Source: an uncultured Alphaproteobacteria bacterium (lineage in GTDB: Bacteria; Pseudomonadota; Alphaproteobacteria; HIMB59; GCA-002718135). Taken from it: a stretch of DNA of 64,000 nucleotides. Where the stretch lies: positions 21,928 to 85,927 of the forward strand of contig CACHAQ010000005.1 of NCBI GenBank assembly GCA_902577905.1, written 5' to 3'. Shown here piece by piece: positions 1-7,749 of this stretch. Below the pieces are notes generated by a model. It was not told where the DNA came from, made no database searches, and saw nothing but the letters and a program-made list of their open reading frames with translations. Numbering within the stretch: the first letter of the stretch is position 1; each line of letters opens with the position of its first letter. The position numbers and the translations under genes were made by a program.

Positions 1-1
1 T

Positions 2-814
2 TTAGATAAACCTCCGGTAACAAGATATTTTGATTGGTTAGGAAATGTTTTTCAAGGAGATTTTGGTAGTTCTTTCTCTGGAAGATCTAAAGTTCAAGGG
101 GATCAAGGTGATAGGTCTAGAGAAGTTGTTGGTTTAATTGTCCCCAGATTAAAGAATACATTATTTTTAACAGGGGTTGCCGCCATGTTGGCTATTCCTC
201 TATCTTTAATCTTAGGTATCTCAGCAGCATTATACAGAAACTCTTATTATGATAGGTCAGCAACTGGAGTTAGCTTAGTAACCGTATCTTCACCAGAATT
301 TTTTACAGCCTATATTTTTATTCTTTTACTAGCGACACTGTTTCCAGTTTTTCCAACTATTTCTAATGTGGATGAAGCTTCAACTTTGGCTGAAAGATTT
401 TACAGGACTGCTCTTCCAGTTTTTACTTTGACATTAATTACTATGGGTCACATGATGAGAATGACAAGGTCAGCGATAATAAATATCTTATCAAGTGAAT
501 ATATTGAAATGGCAAAATTATCGGGAGCTTCTAGATACGAGGTAATTGTTAAACACGCACTTCCAAATGCTTGGGCACCTATTTCTCAAGTAATTGCAAT
601 AAACTTAGCTTATATGTTGATTGGCTCAGTTGTTGTTGAATATGTTTTTAACTATCAAGGTATTGGTAGGTTGATGGTCGGATCAGTCTATAATCGAGAT
701 TTACCCGTTGTTCAAGCTTGTGCATTAATTTTTGCATCAACATATGTAATATTAAATTTAATTGCTGACTTGATCGGCATTATTTCTAACCCAAGGTTAC
801 TATACCCAAAATGA
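2..814 (+). CDS. ABC transporter permease, peptide/opine/nickel (DppB/YejB-like) family; the 5-prime end lies upstream of the window
   Basis: The frame of ORF 185..814 stays open back to nt 2 (LDKPPVTRYFDWLGNVFQGDFGSS, typical DppB/OppB periplasmic loop). It also has an EAA-type loop (SAIINILSSEYIEMAKLSGAS) and an ATGA overlap with the next permease. Confidence 0.85.
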   Translation, partial: LDKPPVTRYFDWLGNVFQGDFGSSFSGRSKVQGDQGDRSREVVGLIVPRLKNTLFLTGVAAMLAIPLSLILGISAALYRNSYYDRSATGVSLVTVSSPEFFTAYIFILLLATLFPVFPTISNVDEASTLAERFYRTALPVFTLTLITMGHMMRMTRSAIINILSSEYIEMAKLSGASRYEVIVKHALPNAWAPISQVIAINLAYMLIGSVVVEYVFNYQGIGRLMVGSVYNRDLPVVQACALIFASTYVILNLIADLIGIISNPRLLYPK

Positions 815-1731
815 GCGAAAATTTATCTTATTCTGCAAAAAGTGAAGTTGCAAATTTAATTAAAAGAAGAACTAGATTAGAAAGATTAAAAATTGCCTTA
901 TCAAAAGCTCCAATCTCAGCTTGGTTTGGTATGATTGTACTATTTATATATTTTTTTGCTGCAATATTTGCTCCCTTAATTGCTCCACATGGAGAAGCAG
1001 AAATATTTCCAGTAGCTTATGCTCCTTGGGGTGATGGTCACATATTTGGTACTGATCAAATTGGAAGAGATATTTTTTCTCGCATTATCTATGCTGCAAG
1101 AAATACAATTGGTATTTGTTTATTGGCTACTTTTATTGCTTTAGGAATTGGAACAGTATTTGGAATTATAGCTGCTCTGGATAGAAGGTATTTAGATCAG
1201 CTATTAAGTAGAATAGTAGACACGCTTATGGCTATACCTGTAATGATTTTTACTTTTATACTTTTATCAGTTTTTGGACCTACTAATTTTAATTTAATTG
1301 TCATTTTAGGAATTTTGGAGTCAACTAGATTTTTTAGAATATCAAGATCAGTTGCTGTTGGTCAAGTTGTTCTAGAATATGTAGAGGTCGCGAGATTAAG
1401 AGGTGAAAATTTATCATATATTATTTTCAGAGAAATACTTCCTAATATAGCTTCACCTTTGATTATTGAGTTTGGTTTAAGGTTCATATTTATAATTTTT
1501 ACAATATCTAGTTTAAGTTTTTTAGGAATTGGCATTCAACCCCCTTCAGCAGATTGGGCATCAATGGTGAGGGAAAATGCAATACTTATTCAATATGCTC
1601 AATATGATATAACAGCAGGTTTAACACCATTAATTCCAGCTGCTGCAATTGCTTTACTTTGTGTATCAATTAATTTTGTTGTTGATTGGTATCTTTACAT
1701 TACTAGCGGATTAAAAGATGACGTTAAATAA
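811..1731 (+). CDS. ABC transporter permease, DppC/YejE-like
   Basis: 306 aa with an N-terminal TM followed by APLIAPHG and GTDQIGRDIFSRIIYAARNT, both typical of DppC/OppC-type permeases. Translationally coupled on both sides. Confidence 0.85.
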   Translation: MSENLSYSAKSEVANLIKRRTRLERLKIALSKAPISAWFGMIVLFIYFFAAIFAPLIAPHGEAEIFPVAYAPWGDGHIFGTDQIGRDIFSRIIYAARNTIGICLLATFIALGIGTVFGIIAALDRRYLDQLLSRIVDTLMAIPVMIFTFILLSVFGPTNFNLIVILGILESTRFFRISRSVAVGQVVLEYVEVARLRGENLSYIIFREILPNIASPLIIEFGLRFIFIIFTISSLSFLGIGIQPPSADWASMVRENAILIQYAQYDITAGLTPLIPAAAIALLCVSINFVVDWYLYITSGLKDDVK

Positions 1732-3331
1732 ATCAAAAGAACTCCTGCTTGAAATGAAAAATATCCATATTGATGGATTTTCAGATGAGAGATGGCATAA
1801 AATTTTAAAAGGTGTAGATTTGACTTTACACAGAGGAGAAATACTAGGATTAATTGGAGAGAGTGGTGCCGGAAAATCTACTATGGGTAAAGCTGCAATG
1901 GGCTATACCCAACCAGGTTGTAAGATTATAAAGGGAGAAATTAATTTTAATGGCATAGACCTCGCTAAACTAACTGAATTTGAAAAGAGAAAAATTTGGG
2001 GAACTAAAATATCTTATGTTGCTCAATCAGCAGCAGCATCTTTTAATCCTGCTCATAGATTAATGGACCAAACAATAAGTGCTGCTAATAGATTAAAGAT
2101 AAATCCAATGGATGTATTAAAAAAAGATGCGGTTCAACTTTATGAATCACTACAGCTTCCAGATGCGAAAAATATAGGAGATAGATACCCGCATCAAGTA
2201 TCTGGAGGGCAACTACAAAGAATAATGACTGCAATGGCTATGTCTCCAAGACCAGAGTTAATTATTTTTGATGAGCCCACAACAGCTTTAGATGTAACAA
2301 CTCAAGTTGAAGTATTATCTGCTATGAGATCTATAGTAGATAAATTTAATACAGCAGCAATTTATATTACTCATGATTTAGCCGTAGTTGCGCAAATGGC
2401 TGATAGAATAAAAGTTTTGCGATACGGTGAAGAAGTTGAAGAAGCTGAAACAAGAGATATGCTATCAAACCCAAAAGAAGAATACACCAAATCTCTATGG
2501 TCAGTAAGATCACTGATCAAGCCTGAAGAAACAAATGAAGATTATATGTTGTCTATTAAAAATATTGATGCAGCATATGGCTCATCAAAGGTCTTACACA
2601 ATGTTTCTATAGATATTCCTAAAGGTAAAACAGTAGCTATAGTTGGTGAAAGTGGATCAGGAAAATCAACAACAGCAAGAGTAATTACAGGCTTACTTCC
2701 TCAATTAAAAGGAGAAATAATTTTTGATGGAAAAAAATTGTCTCCAAAACTTGAGCAAAGGTCAAAAGAAGAATTAAGAAGAATTCAAATAATTTTTCAA
2801 ATGCCTGACACTGCAATGAACCCTCGTCAAACTGTTGATGAAATAATAGGAAGGCCAATAGAATTTTATCAAGGTATAAAAGGGAAAGAAAGAGAAGCAA
2901 AAGTTATTGAATTATTAAAAATGATTGAGCTAGATGAAACTTTTTTAGATAGATTACCATCTGAATTATCTGGAGGTCAAAAACAGAGAATATGCATTGC
3001 AAGAGCTTTAGCGGCTAACCCAGATTTAATTATTTGTGATGAAGTGACATCAGCGCTAGATCAAATTGTTCAAGAAGGAATATTAAAATTACTCCAAAAA
3101 TTACAAAAAGAGCTTGGTGTAACTTATATTTTTATTACTCATGATATAGCAACAGTTAAAGCAATCTCAGATGAAATAGTTGTTATGTATCAAGGTGAGG
3201 TAGTGGAACAGGGTTTGAAAAGTAAAATTTTAAATCCACCATATCCTGATTATACAGAACTTTTATTGTCTTCAGTCCCAGAAATGGATCCTGATTGGCT
3301 AACCAATCTTCTGAATAAAAGATCTTCCTAG
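1718..3331 (+). CDS. Fused double ATP-binding subunit of a peptide/opine-type ABC importer (YejF/GsiA-like architecture)
   Basis: 537 aa with two complete cassettes: Walker A GESGAGKST and GESGSGKST, signatures VSGGQLQR and LSGGQKQR, Walker B IIFDEPT and IICDEVT. Confidence 0.9.
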   Translation: MTLNKSKELLLEMKNIHIDGFSDERWHKILKGVDLTLHRGEILGLIGESGAGKSTMGKAAMGYTQPGCKIIKGEINFNGIDLAKLTEFEKRKIWGTKISYVAQSAAASFNPAHRLMDQTISAANRLKINPMDVLKKDAVQLYESLQLPDAKNIGDRYPHQVSGGQLQRIMTAMAMSPRPELIIFDEPTTALDVTTQVEVLSAMRSIVDKFNTAAIYITHDLAVVAQMADRIKVLRYGEEVEEAETRDMLSNPKEEYTKSLWSVRSLIKPEETNEDYMLSIKNIDAAYGSSKVLHNVSIDIPKGKTVAIVGESGSGKSTTARVITGLLPQLKGEIIFDGKKLSPKLEQRSKEELRRIQIIFQMPDTAMNPRQTVDEIIGRPIEFYQGIKGKEREAKVIELLKMIELDETFLDRLPSELSGGQKQRICIARALAANPDLIICDEVTSALDQIVQEGILKLLQKLQKELGVTYIFITHDIATVKAISDEIVVMYQGEVVEQGLKSKILNPPYPDYTELLLSSVPEMDPDWLTNLLNKRSS

Positions 3332-3350
3332 TAAATCTATATTTTAAATA

Positions 3351-3617
3351 ATGAATATATTTAAATTTTTACTTAATTTTTTTTCTAGCAAAGAAAATAG
3401 AATAGATAATCTAGAGGCAAAAAATATAATGATAATTGAAAACAATTTTAATAAAGATAATTTAACATTAGGTTCTATTTACAAAGTAAATCAAAATATA
3501 AAACTAAAAAATTTTAAAAATAAAATTGTAGAAGACAACTTAACAATAGTAGTTACTGACAATAAAGGTAAAACTATTGGATATATTTCTAAAAAAGAGA
3601 TAGATAATATTCAATAA
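3351..3617 (+). CDS. Hypothetical small protein (88 aa), N/K-rich, no recognisable motif
   Basis: The ORF fills the gap between the ABC ATPase (19 nt upstream) and the SDR gene, whose ATG directly follows its TAA. This packing suggests a real operon member, but there is no family-level evidence. Confidence 0.4.
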   Translation: MNIFKFLLNFFSSKENRIDNLEAKNIMIIENNFNKDNLTLGSIYKVNQNIKLKNFKNKIVEDNLTIVVTDNKGKTIGYISKKEIDNIQ

Positions 3618-4400
3618 ATGAAAATTAATCTTAGTAAAAAAAATTATATTATTTCTGCTGGTGCAGATGGCTTAGGTTTCGCTATAGCAAATAAAATAAT
3701 CAGTTCAGGTGGAAAAGTATATTTATCTGATATAAATAAATCAAAAATTGATAAAATAAATTTAAACAAAAAATATCGTAATAAAATATTTGCTAAACAC
3801 TTAGACTGCACAAATCCAAAAGACATTAAAGAATATTTTAAGTCTCTATCTAACTTAAAAAAAATAGATGGATTAATAAATAATATAGGCATTGCAGGAC
3901 CTACAAAGTATCTTCAAAATATTTCAATAGATGAATGGGATAACACTATTAAAACCAATTTAAGTTCACATTTTTATTTCACAAAATTTGCTATTCCATT
4001 TTTAAAAAATGCTAAAAAAGGATCTATTATTAATTTATCTTCAACTGCAGGATTATATGGTTTTGCTCAACGTTCACCATATGCATCAAGTAAATGGGCA
4101 GTAATTGGATTAACTAAAACATTAGCAGTTGAATTAGGAAAATTTAAAATACGTGTGAATGCAATTTGTCCTGGTTCTGTTAATGGCGATAGAATGGATA
4201 GGGTAATAAATGCAAAAGCTAAATTAATAAATTCTTCAAATAAAAAAGTAAGAAAAGAATTAGAGTCAATGGTTTCATTAAACACATTTGTAGAAAAAGA
4301 AGATATTGCATCAATGGCATTATTTTTATTGAGCGATGCTTCAGAAAATGTATCTGGTCAAATCATGACTGTTGATGGAAATACTGAAAGAATGAATTAG
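3618..4400 (+). CDS. Short-chain dehydrogenase/reductase (SDR), classical type
   Basis: Gly-rich NAD(P) motif SAGADGLGFAIA, NNIG (NNAG) motif, catalytic Ser plus YASSK (YxxxK), PG motif ICPGSV. 260 aa. Confidence 0.85.
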   Translation: MKINLSKKNYIISAGADGLGFAIANKIISSGGKVYLSDINKSKIDKINLNKKYRNKIFAKHLDCTNPKDIKEYFKSLSNLKKIDGLINNIGIAGPTKYLQNISIDEWDNTIKTNLSSHFYFTKFAIPFLKNAKKGSIINLSSTAGLYGFAQRSPYASSKWAVIGLTKTLAVELGKFKIRVNAICPGSVNGDRMDRVINAKAKLINSSNKKVRKELESMVSLNTFVEKEDIASMALFLLSDASENVSGQIMTVDGNTERMN

Positions 4401-6001
4401 TGGATAAAAACGCTGACTACATCATTGTTGGAGCAGGGTCAGCAGGTTGTGTTTTAGCTAACAGATTGTCTTCACAATCAAAGAATTCTGTAATTTTATT
4501 AGAAGCTGGCCCATCCAGTAAAACCTGGAAAGTTGATATGCCAAGTGCACTTCTATATGCAATGCATGACCCAAAATATAATTGGAAATATTATACTGAG
4601 CCTGAGCCGTTTCTAAATAATAGATCTTTATATTGTCCAAGAGGTAAAATGATCGGGGGATGCTCTTCGCATAACGGAATGGTTTTCGCTAGAGGTCATA
4701 AAGAGGATTTTGATAGATGGTCTTCAAGTGGTTTAACTAATTGGTCATATGAAAAAGTTTTACCTTTTTTTAAAAAATTAGAAACTTGGTCTCATGATAG
4801 TAATGTAAGAGGTAAAGAGGGGCCATTAAAAGTAAATAAATCAAACATAGATAAAAAATACCCTCTATTTAAAAAAGTTTTAGAAGCTGCACAAGAAGCT
4901 GGATATAAAATATTTAATGACTCTAACAGTATTCATAAGGAAGGTTTTGGAACTTTTGATGTAACAATAAACAAAGGTGTAAGACAAAGTGTTGCTAAGG
5001 CATATTTAGAGCCAATCCAAAATAGAAAAAATCTAAGAATAATAAATAATATTGATGTTAAAAAAATTCTTTTTAAAAATAAAACTGCAATTGGTGTTGA
5101 AACGATTAAAAAAAATATAACCAATAATTATTTAGCCAATAAAGAAGTTATACTTTGTGCTGGTTCAATTAATTCACCTAAAATTCTTCAATTATCCGGA
5201 ATAGGTAATGAAACGTATCTTAAAAGCTTGGGAATAGAAGTTATTAATAATTTAATTGGGGTGGGAGAAAATTTACAAGATCATTTAGAGATGTATATTC
5301 AATATAAATCTAAAAAAAATGAAACATTACATTCTTTAGCAACAAATTTTCTCTATCAAGCAATAGAAGGGTCAAAATGGTTTTTATTTAAAAAAGGTAG
5401 GTTAGCAAACTCACATTTAGAGTTAGGAGGTTTTGTTAAATCTGACAAATCATATAATCACCCAAACCTACAATTTCATTTTTTCCCCTACTTAGTTATT
5501 AATCATGGTTTAGAAAATCCTAATTTTGAAGCTTTTCAATTTCATGTTTGTCCAAATAGACCAAAAAGTAGGGGGTTTGTTAAAATTAAAACAAATAACT
5601 ATAAAGATGATCCTAAAATACAATTTAATTATCTTAAGCATGAAGACGATTTAAAACAAATGAGAGAAGGTGTAGGAATTGCTAAAAAAATTTTGTCTCA
5701 AAAAGCACTTAAAGAATATGTTGGCACAGAAATTAGGCCTGGGAAGAATGTATCTAATCAAAATGAATTAGATGAAGTTATTAAAAATACATCTGAATCT
5801 GCGTATCATCCGTCATGCACAAATAAAATGGGTGAGGACAAAACTTCAGTTGTAGACCAAGACCTAAGGGTTCATGGAATTCAAAATTTAAGAGTTATTG
5901 ATGCTTCTGTAATGCCAGATATTGTTAGTGCTAATTTAAATGCAACAACTATTATGATTGCTGAAAAAGCTTACGACCAAATAAATAGTACCGTTAGTTA
6001 G
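4400..6001 (+). CDS. GMC-family FAD oxidoreductase (choline/alcohol dehydrogenase-like)
   Basis: The GTG start overlaps the SDR stop. N-terminal FAD motif DYIIVGAGSAGCVLANRLS, GMC signature regions, and C-terminal active-site block AYHPSCTNKMG and LRVIDASVMP. 533 aa. Confidence 0.85.
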   Translation: MDKNADYIIVGAGSAGCVLANRLSSQSKNSVILLEAGPSSKTWKVDMPSALLYAMHDPKYNWKYYTEPEPFLNNRSLYCPRGKMIGGCSSHNGMVFARGHKEDFDRWSSSGLTNWSYEKVLPFFKKLETWSHDSNVRGKEGPLKVNKSNIDKKYPLFKKVLEAAQEAGYKIFNDSNSIHKEGFGTFDVTINKGVRQSVAKAYLEPIQNRKNLRIINNIDVKKILFKNKTAIGVETIKKNITNNYLANKEVILCAGSINSPKILQLSGIGNETYLKSLGIEVINNLIGVGENLQDHLEMYIQYKSKKNETLHSLATNFLYQAIEGSKWFLFKKGRLANSHLELGGFVKSDKSYNHPNLQFHFFPYLVINHGLENPNFEAFQFHVCPNRPKSRGFVKIKTNNYKDDPKIQFNYLKHEDDLKQMREGVGIAKKILSQKALKEYVGTEIRPGKNVSNQNELDEVIKNTSESAYHPSCTNKMGEDKTSVVDQDLRVHGIQNLRVIDASVMPDIVSANLNATTIMIAEKAYDQINSTVS

Positions 6002-6021
6002 AGAGAAAAAATCTAATTAAA

Positions 6022-6201
6022 TTAGATCGTTTTTCTTCTAAGAGTCCAACCGTATCTTTCGCTATAGTATGCTTCGATACCATCAGCAAGATTAAGGTCA
6101 TAATTTGAGTCTATAGACCCTTCAAGAACCTTCTTCTCAATAGAACTCTGCTCTAAGCTGTCTTTTTGGATATTAATATTTTCTGTTAATTTACTGTTCA
6201 T
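6022..6201 (-). CDS. Unannotated small ORF (59 aa, below the ORF-track cutoff): MNSKLTENINIQKDSLEQSSIEKKVLEGSIDSNYDLNLADGIEAYYSERYGWTLRRKTI
   Basis: Hand translation of the minus strand (ATG at 6201..6199, TAA at 6024..6022). It occupies the only long 'intergenic' stretch (308 nt) in a genome with almost no non-coding DNA. Its composition is visibly less AT-rich than true spacers. It is divergent from the XRE regulator. Confidence 0.35.
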   Translation of the reverse strand: MNSKLTENINIQKDSLEQSSIEKKVLEGSIDSNYDLNLADGIEAYYSERYGWTLRRKTI

Positions 6202-6292
6202 ATTTACAGATTTGACAAATACATAATAAAATAAAAAAAAACTAGAGTTTTTCTTAGTTTTAATGTAAAGAAAATTACTTTGAATTTATTAT

Positions 6293-6310
6293 TTTTGTAA
6301 ATTTTGTAAA
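6293..6310 (+). promoter_or_regulatory. Perfect tandem 9-nt direct repeat TTTTGTAAA TTTTGTAAA ending on the A of the regulator ATG; candidate operator
   Basis: Read directly (6293..6301 and 6302..6310). Each copy contains TTTGTAAA, one mismatch from the TTTGCAAA core that I recall for RamB/PrpR-type regulators. A related TTTGACAAA lies at 6211..6219. Confidence 0.3.
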
Positions 6311-7749
6311 TGAATATTGAATCTGACATAAATTTTGGCCCAAGGTTAAAAAAACAAAGGATAAGCAAAGGTTTTTCACAAGCTGAATTATCAAAAACTA
6401 TTGGAATATCTCCTAGTTATTTAAATTTAATTGAAAGTGGAAAAAGAAAAATACCGCTTTCCTTACTAATTAAAGCAGCTGACAAATTAGATTTATCAAT
6501 TAAAGACTTTTCAACAGAATCTAGCAAACGACTTCTTTCAGACGTAATGGATGTTTTAAGCAATGAAATTTTTGATGATTTAAAGATAACCAATCACGAC
6601 ACAAGTGATTTCATTGGTTCAAATCCTAACATAGCTAAAGCATTACTGGCAATAAATGACTCTTTTAAAAGCTTTAAAGAAGATATGCAAAATCGACTTG
6701 AAACGATGGATGTCAATGCAAATCAAATCGAAAAACCAACAAGACTACCTGTAGAAATCGTTTCAGATATTCTTCAAGAAAATAAAAATTACTTCCATGA
6801 TTTAGAAGTAAGTTCTGAAAATCTGAGAAAAGAAATAGGTCTTGAAATTGGACCTAACATTGGATCTGGATCTAAATTATCACTTTATCTCAAAGAAAAA
6901 CATGGAATTGAAGTTAAAATAGTAACCATAAACGAAGATGAAAAAATAGTTAAAAGATTTGATGAAAATTCAAAGATTTTTTATCTTTCTGAGATGTTAA
7001 CTTACACATCTAGAAACTTTCATTTAGCATCACAAGTTGCTTATTTAGAGGCTAATGATGTTATCAATAAAGTTATTAAAGATAATAATGTTGAATCAGA
7101 AGAAGTAGAACCTTTGCTTAAACTATCTTTACTAAATTATTATGCTGCTGCTTTTATGATGCCTTATAACGATTTTTTAAAGAGTGCTAAATTACATAAA
7201 TATGATGTAGAAATTTTGATGCATCATTATGCTTGTAGTTTTGAACAAGTTACACATAGATTAACAAATCTTCAAAGACCTGGAAACGAAGGAGTGCCAT
7301 TTCATTTTTTAAAAACAGATATTGCTGGAAATGTGTCAAAGCGATTTTCTTTATCCGGTATTCATATACCAAGACATGGCGGTTCTTGTCCTAGATGGAA
7401 TGTGTATACTGCTTTTTTAAATCCTGGAAAAATTCATCCTCAAATATCCAAAATGCCAGATGGACGAGTATATTTTTGTATCGCAAGAGCTTTTGAGAAA
7501 GGAATTGAAAAACATGGAATGCCTAAAAGTTTTGTTTCGATTGGTTTAGGCTGTGATATGAAATACGCAAAAGATTTAATATATTCTGAAGGAATTGATT
7601 TAAGTAATAAAAAACTACAAATGCCAATTGGAGTTTCTTGTAGAATTTGCCCTAGAGTAGAATGTCAGCAAAGAGCTTTTCCACCGATTGATAAAGAACT
7701 CAAATTAGATATTAAATATCGAGGCACATCACCATACGTCACAATTTAG
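6310..7749 (+). CDS. XRE-family transcriptional regulator with an ImmA/IrrE-like domain and a C-terminal Cys-rich DUF2083-type domain (RamB/PrpR/short-chain acyl-CoA regulator family)
   Basis: 479 aa. N-terminal HTH (GFSQAELSKTIGISPSYLNLIESGKRKIP), a central peptidase-like fold with a degenerate motif (FHLASQVAY), and C-terminal cysteines C360 and C444-x2-C447-x4-C452 (GGSCPRWN, CRICPRVEC). Confidence 0.75.
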   Translation: MNIESDINFGPRLKKQRISKGFSQAELSKTIGISPSYLNLIESGKRKIPLSLLIKAADKLDLSIKDFSTESSKRLLSDVMDVLSNEIFDDLKITNHDTSDFIGSNPNIAKALLAINDSFKSFKEDMQNRLETMDVNANQIEKPTRLPVEIVSDILQENKNYFHDLEVSSENLRKEIGLEIGPNIGSGSKLSLYLKEKHGIEVKIVTINEDEKIVKRFDENSKIFYLSEMLTYTSRNFHLASQVAYLEANDVINKVIKDNNVESEEVEPLLKLSLLNYYAAAFMMPYNDFLKSAKLHKYDVEILMHHYACSFEQVTHRLTNLQRPGNEGVPFHFLKTDIAGNVSKRFSLSGIHIPRHGGSCPRWNVYTAFLNPGKIHPQISKMPDGRVYFCIARAFEKGIEKHGMPKSFVSIGLGCDMKYAKDLIYSEGIDLSNKKLQMPIGVSCRICPRVECQQRAFPPIDKELKLDIKYRGTSPYVTI

